Source: Folioceros fuciformis
Taxonomy: Eukaryota
Length of the DNA stretch: 59,276 bases
Direction of reading: 5' to 3'
NCBI GenBank assembly: GCA_049999805.1
Contig: JBNGIO010006060.1
Location: forward strand, 131,069-190,344
The notes below the pieces were generated by a model that saw only the letters and a program-made list of their open reading frames with translations, had not been told where the DNA came from and did not search any database. Position 1 is the first letter of the stretch. Each line of letters begins with the position of its first letter. Shown piece after piece: positions 35,901-47,700 of the stretch. The position numbers and the translations under genes were made by a program.

Positions 35901-38625
35901 CGAGCCCGGCCGCGGGATTGTATAAAGCTACGGACAGTTGGCGGTAAATCAAATCGAATAATCAACCCGCAGCTTTGTACGTCAAGTCCCTCCTCTGCTA
36001 TATTTGTGGCTACAAGCACGTTTATCTGCAGAATGGGGCAGAGCACGTAAGAGGTCAATTTCACAAGTGGGAGCAAGCGATGCACATTCTCTACACTGTG
36101 TGCCGGAAGCAGCGAGCCAAAATATTAAGTGGTGTGAATATGACCTCTCCTGAGCGAAATTGCTCTACCAAACTCTGTTGCTGATTCCGAGACATTGATG
36201 CCACGCTTGAATGACTCCCAGTAAGGGGTTTACATTGCACGAAGTGAAAGTTGCTGAGGTTTGATAAAAGCTCAGCTATAACAATTGCTGCCATGACTCT
36301 CTCCACAAAGATTATGCATTTCAAACCTTCATCGCTGAGCATGAAAGAGCGTAAGGATTTATCACTGGCATGCAACAATTGGAAAGAAAATTGCGGACAA
36401 GGAGCAAAGCAAGATGACTCTCACTGATGTTCCTGCAGCACATCTAGAAGAGCCTTCACTTTGGAAGAAAAATCGTCCGCAACAGTTTCCGGTAATTTTT
36501 CTGCAAAAGGTATGCCAGCAGAAACCCCAAAGTCAACCTTTACGTATCCACCTCAGAAAGTGTGTTCCGCACCGTCTTTCACCTCAGCAAGTTCTTGGTT
36601 GCTGAAATGTGTTGGGATGCGAAGGAGAGTTGCCGACATACCTCTTGATCGAACTGCTTTCACCATGGAATAAACATCTTGGAGAAAACCTTTCCTGGAC
36701 TTACACCCTAACTTGGTCTCAGTTTCTAGGTCAGACTCGTCGCTGCCTAGAAGCTTTGCAGCCTGCCGACATTACACCATGTTAATTGCTGACATTCAAA
36801 TGGGCCTTTAACAAACTCCAATACAAGCAGTGAGCGCCGGTTCCTAGCACTGAGATAGAAACGTACCTTCTGAGTACACCACAGCCCCAATTCCTCCAAA
36901 CAGTACTTAAGAGTTGCAAAAACCCTTGTCAGCTCCTTACGGCGTTTGAGTACGAGCTTCAAGGGTTCACCCCCCTCTGTGCTCAATCTCTCTTCAAAGT
37001 TGGTAAGAGGCCGCAAATGCTGTCAAACATCGTGAATAGTGCTGGGTTTCTTCAAGATCTGGTTTAACTTTTCCCCCTTCACTTCAACAAAATGCATGAC
37101 AACACGGCCTGTGGAGAGCAATAAATGAAACTCACCTTCAACTTAAGTTCCTCAAGGGTGGAATGTACACACAGAACATATGTCAAATAGGTAGAATCAT
37201 AATATATACACCGCAGAGTTGGCGAAGGATTTATGAGATCCAACTCCTCTCTGTCTTTGACTGTATAGACCTGTTGCACAACCAGGCAACCATCCGTGAT
37301 TGAGAGCGACTGCGAACAAGAGATTCACGGTTTGGTGTCCTATCCAAAGACACGATAATGAGTAGCTCCAATAATGATAACAGCCGTAACATGTAGCTCC
37401 TTGATGGACAATCACATTGGATAAAAACCTTAGAATGTAGCTGACTTTCCAACTCGCTGAACATTAGAGCACATTCAGACGTCCTTATGCCCCCTGCCGC
37501 AGCTCCAAACGCACCACAGCAGCGGCAGTTAGGCTGGGGTGAAAGGGCACAGAACAGCACAAAAAACAAGCCTCTCCAAAAGCTGTGTTCACCTTTGCCT
37601 ATGACGGGTGAAGCTGTCATGCCAAAAACTCGAGGGCAGCTGCCAGACTGACTGAGGTAGAATTCCTGCACACAGATAGACGTTGCACAATTCATGACTG
37701 TACAAAGGATAGAAAATGCTAGGAGCAAAGCTGCGTCGGGTGTTAGTGGAGTCATGTAGCCAAGCAGCAACCCAGCCTTACATTCATAATAGAGGCATAA
37801 GGATGCTTCTTTTGAGCATGATGACACTCGTCAAAGATCAACAGCTCAATCATATCCATCTTGAGGAAGCAGTGGCGCAGATTCGTAAGGAGTACTTGTG
37901 GGGTCATGACAAACACCTGCAACCAACGAGCCTCAGGGCGCTAGGGTTTAGGGTTTAGAGAGCACAGATGCAGCTGTGGTGACAGCAGCTTATCACCCAG
38001 GCTTACCACAACCAACCATGAACAGAAGCCTGGCATCCAGGTGAGTCAGCTCAAGCGTGGTTGCCACGAAGCACAGGGCATGAGAGGCAAAGGTACTGAA
38101 CGCAAACGCTAGACCACGATTTACCACATTTTTCTCAACTTCTTCTTTCCAATGCTCATGGCTCCACCTATCAGACAACTCGCCTCCACAAAAACACCCA
38201 ACATTCAAGTCCGTGAATGACTTGATCACTTGTGCTTGCTGCACATCCAACAAAGGCACAGATTAACCATAAACCCGTCAGCCCACAACCGCGCTGACAG
38301 AGGCACCCGCGCGCCCACCTGCTGAACAAGAGGAACGGAGGGGGCCAGAAACACGGCAATGCTGGCGGCTGAGTTTCGAATCCGTTCAGCCACATCAAGA
38401 ATGAGCATGACAGCGATGAGAGTCTTCCCGCATCCCGTCTCCATGAAAACAATTGTGTTCTCCCGCTTAGCCTTCTCCAACACTTCGAGCTGATAGCTGC
38501 ACAACACCGAGTGAACCAGAGGAGAATGAATTACTTGACTCCCCATTTCCCACCCACCTCCCATCCGCTCAGTCAGCCGAAATGCACATTGCCTACCCTC
38601 GCGGTTTCAGCCCGAGGCTCTCCAT
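29913..38625 (-). CDS. DCL4: Dicer-like endoribonuclease, DCL4-type (helicase, DUF283, PAZ, 2x RNase III, 2x dsRBD), >20 exons
   Basis: [61 protein letters not shown]...[76 protein letters not shown], and second ds[16 protein letters not shown]...KKAAMESAA. The DCL family call is firm; the DCL4 subclade rests on the second dsRBD. Confidence 0.9.
37942..37958. repeat. Short interstitial plant telomeric repeat / telo-box in a Dicer intron
   Basis: tagggtttagggtttag, about 2.4 TTTAGGG units. Confidence 0.6.
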
Positions 38626-39309
38626 GAAGTGAAACCGGCACTTGGTGCTGCGGCACTCCACTCCACTCCAGGCGCGCCTGCTGGGCTCAGCTGCTCAGGG
38701 GCAAGGACCCACAACTACACACGCCAAATCGGCCTGGCAGCCAGACAAGGCTGACACGAAACAGCCCAACAGAGCGCCCAACGGTTTGCGCTTGCCTTGA
38801 CGGTCCAGCGCGAGCCCACAATTCAAAACTCCCAGGCAGGGGAGAGCCAGAGGCGAAAGGGACAGAGTGCCGTCCCCTTTGTCCAACCAAGCTCTGCAAG
38901 CCTCCCGGAGCGGCAAGGACGGACCGCGGCTGTTGCTGTGCCTCTCACGATGCGCAAGAGGCTGCCGCATCGGATTAGGAGCAAGATTCAATCCCCTCGT
39001 CCTGATGCTCCGATGGGGGCTCCAGCCAAATCACTAAGCGACATTGACCAGACATTGAAGTAGCCTCTGCAGACTTATGCCGGCCCCGCTCTTCAACGGC
39101 ACCCCGTCCCCCCATTATCACTCTATTACGAAGTTGCTTGAATGAATATCTACATGCATAAACCTTGGGATTTCGTTGCATAAAACATGTCAGTCTCGCG
39201 TCCTTCCCAGGGGCCCATGGACCATATTACGCATTGCGGCATTGCCATTGCCAGGGACCGGACTTGGTACCCATGAAATAGCCTAATCCGCTCCCTGTAT
39301 GCCAATTAA

Positions 39310-41037
39310 GACGCAGCTGCAACGGCTACTTGCTTAAGTTTAGCAGAAGCAAAGAATTGAATGATGTTTGTATTAAACATGGTGTTCCTTCACCAAATGA
39401 AGTACATAGACACGATCACCCAGTAGGTACAAAGACACCATCATGTGTCAGAGGTACCTTCTAATTCACACCTAATTCAAAAGACTGTCAGTCCACATAC
39501 ATATGTATGTGCATTGACAGTATCACTTCTCTTCTATGACATCTCAAAGTTGGTGTAGGTTCCTTCTGTCTTCAATAGGCTTTCTCTTCTGGAGCGTCAC
39601 CTACCATTCAATTTCCTTCTCTCTGGTACTTATCACCAAGTGCTAGGTGTCTTGTGCTTTGTGCTTCTTTGACATCCCAAAGTTGGTGTAGGTTCCTTCG
39701 TCTTCAATACGTTTCCTCTTCGAGCATCACCATCCATTCAATTTCCTTCTCTCTAGTACATACATGGCTTTATTGCCAAGTGCCAACTGGGTGTCCTGCG
39801 TTTCTCTTCTCGAGCATCACAATCCATTCAATTTCCTTCCCTCTCATACATGACAGCTTCATTAAAATTATTCTGACATCATGGTAGGAGGTCCGGCATG
39901 TGTTTGTCTTTGTCTTTCCATAACATCTCTCTTCTGTCGTTTTATTTCATACCAAAGAATTTGACATCTCATCCTCTCCTCTCATGCCAAGTGGTGGACA
40001 TCCCTCTATGTTTTCTGACATCAAAGTCATGGCGTGTTTTATTAGACTCCTTTGTGGCAAGTGCTAGGTAGTTTGTCTTCTTTGTGGCAAAGCTGGGTCC
40101 TTATTATCTGGGATGGTCCGGGATGGTTTTTGTAACAAGTGCTAGATGATCTGCATTGCATTTTCTAACAATTTTGTATTGGAATTGCATTCTCTGACAA
40201 GTGTTGGGTGGTGGGCATCTATATTGTATTTTCTAACATTAAAGTCATGGTCTCGTTGATCATTCTCCTTTGTGGCAATTGCTGGGCATCTTGGGTATAT
40301 GTCTTGCTTGTTGCAAGTGCTTGGTATCTTGGGAACTAGTCTTCTTTGTAATAAGTGTTGTTGGGTATCCATCTCATTTGTGCAAAGTGTTGGGTATTTG
40401 TCTCCTTTGTGGCCAATGTTAGGTATCTTCCAAAACAGAGATGCCCAAAGATAAGGTATGAATTGAACATGAGGAAAATTTTCAATTTTCTTGACATTCG
40501 TACAAGTCCTTGAACAAACTTCTTATGTCTAAGTGTTGGGTATATGTGTTGTGACATGGAAGTGTGATTGTATGATCCACATCTTTCCAAAGCACACAGT
40601 GAGTGAGTGTTCCCTTTCAAATGTTTTGACATGACTATTCCTATTCAAAAGTGTAGCATGGTAATCATCAAAATCAAAATGTAGTAGCATGTCAAACTCT
40701 GGTATCAAAGTTGAGGACATGACAAGCATCCAAGTTACCATCATGAGAATAAAAAAGAGCACAAAAAGATTGTATTTAATAACCTAATGTTTGACTTCAA
40801 AACCAACCAGACATAAATTCACCAACCAAGAATGATTCAATTTCTTTATCCATGCTTAAGATCCAAGGAATTAAAAATTAGCTAACCTCTAAGCCTAAAC
40901 GCCGACTAAGATCTAGTGTTAAAAGACAACAAAATATTAGAAGTTGTTTGGTCTAGATTAAAATCTACCTTCATGCATGGAACTAATTAAAAGGATATTA
41001 ATGTGGGTGTCCTTTGAATTTCCATAGAAGTAGCGTC
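39310..41037. mobile_element. Putative non-autonomous DNA transposon remnant (AT-rich, with internal degenerate repeats)
   Basis: Bounded by a 12-bp inverted repeat, caattaagacgc (39303-39314) / gcgtcttaattg (41033-41044), which includes TTAA on both sides. Markedly AT-rich relative to the flanks, with internal repeats and no coherent ORF. Confidence 0.4.
39537..39850. repeat. Degenerate tandem repeat (~133-bp period, then a ~90-bp partial copy)
   Basis: caaagttggtgtaggttcctt at 39545 and 39678; ccattcaatttccttc at 39604, 39734 and 39824. Confidence 0.85.
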
Positions 41038-41341
41038 TTAATTGTCTTCATTCTTTTAGGATTTTATTTATTAGATCATACACTGATAGAAGAAAATTAT
41101 TTATTTGTTTACAAATAGATATGATTTGATAAATATGAAATATTTGTAGGGAGGAGCAAATGGTTATGGATGGATCCACCCCAAGCATGAATTTGTTCAT
41201 TGTTGAATTCGATGGACGTTCACGACGATCTTAGTTACACTCAGTCCACGGCGGATTCGGGAATTTCGTAACGAAGTCTGCTTTCATGTCCTTTGGGTGG
41301 AGGAAACTGTTGTCGCCCCGGTGTCAGTCTGGGTCGGAGAA

Positions 41342-42261
41342 ATGAGGACCTGGAGGAGCGTTGCGTTGCTCACAGTCAGGATTTTGCAACGAAATGAAGC
41401 TTGCGGAACTTGCCCAGTCCAAGATTTGAGGCGGGGATTCGCATCCAACGCAGAAAGCGGAACGGCCGGGAGCAAGGGCTTAGAGCCAGGGTTTTTCTTC
41501 CTGCAACCGAAGGATCATCTTGTGGACCGGGTCAGATGCTGTCTTCTGCTTCTGGTCCTGACAATGCGTTTGCTGACACCGGGCGTGTGTCTGAAACACT
41601 GGCTGGCTTCAAATCGAGCTTTGTGCAGTTTTACTCGGTCGAAAACATGTCCTCGGCTGAACGGCATAAGCTGGAGTTGACAAAGGTTCGGGAGCAATTT
41701 CGGATCCATGAAGGAGATTGCGGATCCTGCCAAGTGCAAGGTAATGCTACGCCTTTGCTAGCAGCGTCGCGCTGATGAAGCATCGCGAGCTATATGACCT
41801 GAAGTTGTCGTTCTGAGTGTTCGGCATCGGAAGCCTCGTGACCTAACATTTTTCTTTCTCCTACAGTTGCTGTGTTGACGGAGAAGATCAAGTTCCTTTC
41901 CAAGCACATGTCTAGGCATAAAAAGGTCCAGTAGCTAATTTCCTTTCTTTGTTGCTGTTCGCCTCCTGTCTTTCCAGTTCCTCGTCTGTGATTCACTTCT
42001 TCTTGGACACTATGTTGTTTTCCGGAAAGGGTGGCCCATTTGGTCGTTCCCCCGTTCTTTTGGGTTCTGAATTGGGCTGGCTAGCTCACTGTATCGTCAC
42101 CCGCGACAATGCTTATCCAGGACGTGCACTCAAGAAGGGGCTTAGAGGCCATGGTTCAGCAACGCAGATCTCTGCTGAAGTACTTCAGACGGAAAGACTG
42201 GGACGCTTATTGCACCCTCATCTCCACACTGGGACTTCGAGACAGAACGGAGTCGAATTAG
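41342..42261 (+). CDS. Ribosomal protein uS15 family (S15/NS1 RNA-binding), probably mitochondrial, 4 exons
   Basis: Presequence-like N-terminus, then [93 protein letters not shown]. Confidence 0.9.
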
Positions 42262-44708
42262 CCTCACCGGCAGGTTCACGGGAAGGTGCCTCGCTACAGC
42301 CAGGGACCACCGGGGGCGGCGGAACACGCATCTTGACGCTTGTGCTGAAGTGTTACGTCCTGCATGAGAGCTGCGTATTCGCCGCCTCTCTTATGCTGTT
42401 CTTTGTCATCTTCCTTGCCAGCTTGGAGTGACCTCAGTAGCTCAGCTGAACTCCTATTATTCAATTCAGAGGATGGTCCGCCTGTGTTGGCCTGCTTTTC
42501 AGGACACTCCTGCATCACATTTCTTTCTGATATTTCTGGGCAGTCTGGCTCGCACATAAGGCACATGGACTGGATCTCATCATCTGGTCTGTAATGCGGG
42601 TAACAATCAGCGTCCCGGACCACGGGTTTGGTGTGTTGAGCAAGGCGACAGCTCTGGATCGTGAAGATATGTGTGATCAGAACAGAATTGAAATCGGGAG
42701 CCGTAGTCAGACTTGGCAGACTCCGATTTGCGAATATCCTAAAGTCCAGTTCACCCAACTATCCAGATTAGGTAGATCGAAATTAATGACCGAGACGTCC
42801 TTTTTTCCTCGTCTTGAGTCCATCAAAGGACCAGGTTCTGGCAGCTTCTCATTGCGGTGCCCTTCGTCTTCTTGCTGGTCGAATCTCGGATCTGTCGAAG
42901 AAATTTCCTTCGTCCATCGCTTGAGGCTGCGCAGTGCGTTCTTCTTGGCAGGCGAAGGAACTGCTCGATCTCGGTGATTCCCCGCTAGTCGCTCCCTGTT
43001 CAATACCTGCATTCCTGTGGTACCTGTTTGCTGTGGTTTTGTCGATCGCCTCGTGCCTTTTGCCGTGCTGCTTTGCGCCTCAATTTCTCGGATATGGTGG
43101 GCTGCATAATTTGTTTGATGCGGGAGGGTGAAATGAATCCCGGTCCTTTGCGGATTGGTGGGTCGGGAAGGTCGTTCGGTTGTTGGTGAATTGGAGGGAG
43201 TGTTGGGCAGTTTCCCGAAGACGATCGGGGACCTGGGGACTTTGTGTGTGCTTCTGAGTAGCACGCATGAGTGCGATGCGGACTTCTCTGAGAGGCCAGC
43301 TCACTCATGCATTGTCGTGCTGGGGATCGCGTTCCCTGCGTCGGAGGGGGCAGATCCTACACAGTCCACTTCCTGTGCTAGCCTCGGGCAATTGGGTGGA
43401 GGTAGCGGCCCTCCTTCTGTTGCGCAGGCGGGCAGGAATGAGCTGGGCTCTAGNNNNNNNNNNNNNNNNNNNNNNNNNNNNNNNNNNNNNNNNNNNNNNN
43501 NNNNNNNNNNNNNNNNNNNNNNNNNNNNNNNNNNNNNNNNNNNNNNNNNNNNNGCTCTAGCTACTGGAGCACCACAGTCCGCTAATTTGAATCTTGCTTC
43601 TTGTGCATGGATGTAGTAGGAGCACAAGGTGTGCGAGGGACGTGGTTCTGGGTTTGAGCACAGGATCCTGGTGGGTATGCATGTGTCAGGAGGAGGGAAA
43701 GTCGGGTGTGGTGCCCCCGCATCTTGGGGAGGTGATGAGTGATTGGCTTTGCGTTCTCATGTCCCGAACGAAAAGGAACTTGGATTTAGCTTCTTGGGTC
43801 ATTGTTTCCTTCTTCTGGAGAGAGGACTTGTGAGCTTACACGAGCCATTGCTTTTTCGTATTTCTGACTCGTAGCTTTAGGATTGGTGAATCGCAAAACG
43901 GCGACGGGACTGGGAAGGGAGGCAGAGTATGGGACTTACTGATGAACTTCGGGTATGTCTGGTCTTTTCCTACGATCACTTAACTGTGAATACAGAACTC
44001 CCTCTAACGTCGCATTACATCGTTGAACCCTTCCTGGTCATGGGCCTTCAACAGAGTTGCTGCCTCTGGCAGAGCAATTGAGTCTGCAGCGGAAGCTGAG
44101 TGCAGGTAGACGGCCACAAGTTGTGAGCTGACAATCTTTTGGAACAGGTTGGGGAGCTTCTGTTTCTTTCCACACCTTCAGGTTCTTTCTACCATGCCAA
44201 GAAGGTTGCTGCCAAGTACTCTGTCTGGCAGTTCGTCGCACTTGGTGATGATGCCAGTGTAGATGAGGATGAATGGTAATGTCGCACCAATATACAATAT
44301 TCATGTTCCAATGTTTTTGGAACACGAGCTGTGAGGTTGATAACCGCAGCAGTTGGTTTCCTAGTCGCATGGTAGGTGCATGGGTCTGCCTGAGGTTTAT
44401 GTCAGTCAGAGTGCACTCTATCAGTCACAACAACCCAGCATGGGATGTGGGTACGATCGAGCGGTTAACCAAGCCCACATGTGGGCTGGTCAGCAGTTAG
44501 GGGCAGCACAGGAACACAAGCTCCTCTTCCGGTGTTGTGGACGTTTGTTGTCTTGGGCTTGCCTTTCTTTCATTTTCTGCGTGTATGTCAGTGATCTCGA
44601 TTGGCACAATATGGAGAGTGGTGTTTGTCTGTACTGGCATTGCTTGACGTAGGTAACCATTCCTGTGCTGCGCGCTCCCAACAATTCTGTATGTGTTTCT
44701 TGTTGCAG

Positions 44709-47700
44709 GCCTCTAGCTGATGCCCTGGTTGGCCTTCTGAAGAGTCAAGATGAGAAGTTTATAGGTTTCAGGTCCTTTCGTGCTGAAGGAAAGGTCCGTG
44801 AACCTAGTCTCTCCTGCTCTGCTGTGGTCGAGCTAGTGCGGGCAGTATTAAGATCAGAATCACCGAGTTTTGGTTTCTCAGGTGCTACAAGCCACTAAAG
44901 ATAAGGACTGTGTTCTCCAGTTCAGCAACTACAACTTCGATACGGTACACTTTCTCCTTCTCTTGAGCTATCTGCAGTTAAAATCTGCGGGGTTTATGCA
45001 GTTTGATCCAACTACTTGTGTCCAACCTTTGCAGTGGGAGCAGTGGGCCGTCGATGGAGAGTCTCTAGGCCGTTGCACGTTGGTGAACCGGAAGTAGGCT
45101 CACCATCTTTGGCAGATTTCTCCGTTTGTGATGTCTGTTGTTGATAGTGCTAGCATTCCAAACGTTTTCACCATTGGATGGCCGTCTTACCTCGTTTCAC
45201 ACCAGGTTGGTGTCATGACTGGGCAGGTTTCCGCACAAACAATTTGAGGTGAAGTTTCATCGGGCCTTGGCAATGACAGAGCCCTTAGCTGAAGAGCTTC
45301 GAGCTGAGGCAAGTCTGGCGAAAACGGAAGCCTCAAGCGAAGCTAAGCTGTCTACGGATGTTCAGAGCAATGGTGATCAGGCAGAGAACCTGGAGCAGGT
45401 AACATTGCACTGCCTGAGCAAGTATGTCGGCAAAAGCATATTGTACGTCAAGCTCTGTTACTTCATTCTGCAGCTCGTTAAATTATCCAGTGACTGGAGA
45501 CTGCTGGGTGGTGCTGTTTGTCTCTAGGGAGAAGCCACCAAAGCCTTCACCTCAACAGATTTTCCTGTGCCTGAAAGTGAAGGCAGTTCTGTGACGGAGA
45601 CAGCTGAGGCTGTGAATGCTCCTCAGCAGGAATCTGCAGATCGAAACTTCAGTCTGAAAAGGCAGGCGCTGAATTCACAGCAAGATATTCTAGAACTACA
45701 AGAGAAGGNNNNNNNNNNNNNNNNNNNNNNNNNNNNNNNNNNNNNNNNNNNNNNNNNNNNNNNNNNNNNNNNNNNNNNNNNNNNNNNNNNNNNNNNNNNN
45801 NNNNNNNNTCGTGTGGATGTTGTTGAAAGGGAAGCCAGTGCTCAATTGGAAGCAGCTCAAGATGAAGTCCGGAAGCTGAAGGCAAGTGCTGAAATTTCTC
45901 TCCAGGAACAACAAAAGGCAACTCTTGCTGCTGAGGAAAAGGTCCTGGCACTAGAGAAGAAGCTACAGGCCTCTGAGGCGAGATTCTCTACCTTGGAAGA
46001 ACAAAGTAGAGCTCATGAAGCAAAAGGAAGGGAGCTTGAGGGTGAGGTCAGCTCTTTCAAAACGTCCAGCGCAGAGCACAAACAGAAGGCGGATATTGCC
46101 GCAGAAAAAATACACGAGCTGGAGGGTTCGTTNNNNNNNNNNNNNNNNNNNNNNNNNNNNNNNNNNNNNNNNNNNNNNNNNNNNNNNNNNNNNNNNNNNN
46201 NNNNNNNNNNNNNNNNNNNNNNNNNNNNNNNNGTCGTCACAAGGAAGGAGTCAAGGAACTGGCTTTAAGGGAAGGCGGTCTAAATGACGCAAATGTCAAG
46301 ATTGCCGACCTTGAAGGTGATCTGAAATCTATGAGGGACTTGGTGGAATCTTTAAACAAAAAGTTGAATGATGCTGCACACCAAGCAGAAGATGATCAAC
46401 GTGTTGTGAAGTCTCTGGGGGAGGAAGTTGCTGAATCCGCTGCTAGGCTATCGAAGCTGGAAGGATGTAATGCAGAAACAGAATCAAGGTACAAGGAAGC
46501 TCAGAAAGCTGCAGCCTCTCTTGAAACTGAGCTTAAGGAGCTGAAGGAGCGGTATGAGGGCTCTGAGACTGGTCTGAAAGAAGCCTTGGCCAAAGTGGAG
46601 ACCCTACAACGGCAATTGAATGACCAAACTGTACGAACAGAGGAGCTCATAGAGAAGCTGCAACTTGCTGAGGCCAGAACCAAGGAACATGAGAGCTCGC
46701 TCCAATTGCATGTAGAACAGGCGGGGAAATCCGCAGAGCAGATTCGGGAGTTGCAGACCAAACATACTACAGTGGAAGGGAAACTTGCCAGTGCAGAAAT
46801 TTCAGTGAAGGACCTTGAGGACCAGCTAGCGAAAGCACGTGCAGTAGTTAAGCAAAATGAGGCCTTGTCTGCAAAGGTGGCAGAACTGGAAAAGAAGGCA
46901 GAGGCTGATGAAAGTGAACTGAAGCACTCTACCGACGAACAGCAAGAGCTCAAAGGGTTGGTATCCCAGTACCAAGGTCAGGTCAAAGAGTTGGTGAGCA
47001 AGCTGGCCTATACTGAGCAAGAATTGGAGCACACAAAAAGTGAGCTCCAGACTAGTTTAACCTTGAAGAGTCGTGAGCTTGAGGAGCAGCTTGCTGTGTC
47101 AAAAGCAGCGCTCTCTGAACACGAGAAGTCCTTGAGAGATAAGACGGAACATTCTTTACTGTCGGAGGAGCGACTGCAGCGGACCCTAAGGGAGAGGGAT
47201 GCCATCCAGGAAACATTGACGTCAAAGGTCCTTGAGCTGGAGGAGCAGCTCACGGGGTCCAAACAGAAGCTTTCTGAATATGAAAAAGCCGTGAGAGAAA
47301 AGGAGGAAACGACACTACGGTTGCAGGAGCAACTGGAGGATGTGGAGCAAAATGCAAGACAGGCTGAGAGGGATTTAATGGCACGGTTAACAGATATAAG
47401 TGAGACGCTGAGGTTGGCCGAAGAAAAATATGTGCAAGCTGCGAAAGATTTATCGGGTTCTGTGGAGAAGTCCAAAGCGTTGGAGGGGCTGGTCTCTGAT
47501 CTTCAAGACGAGGTGAAGAATTTGAATCAGAAACTGTCTTCCTCAAAGCAAAGTGCCGTCCACATTGAGCAACAGTTACGGGCTTCTGAGGAAAAGGCAG
47601 CATACCACGAGAGTGGAGCAAAGAAAGCAACGGAAAGGTCACTGGAGCTTGAAGACTTGTTGGGAGTTCATAGAGGTGAAGCCCATGGTTTGAAGCAGCT

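Noticed and set aside
39537-40430. CRISPR-like repeat/spacer appearance
   Set aside because: Repeats are degenerate with irregular spacing, there are no cas genes, and the context is eukaryotic.
42294-43264. Minus-strand ORFs of 154 and 185 aa
   Set aside because: No domain signal; they overlap the probable UTR/promoter regions of flanking + strand genes.
46133-46330. Frameshift in the coiled-coil gene
   Set aside because: Caused by the arbitrary 100-N gap; the frame after the gap (RHKEGVKELALREGG...) runs directly into the 575-aa ORF.
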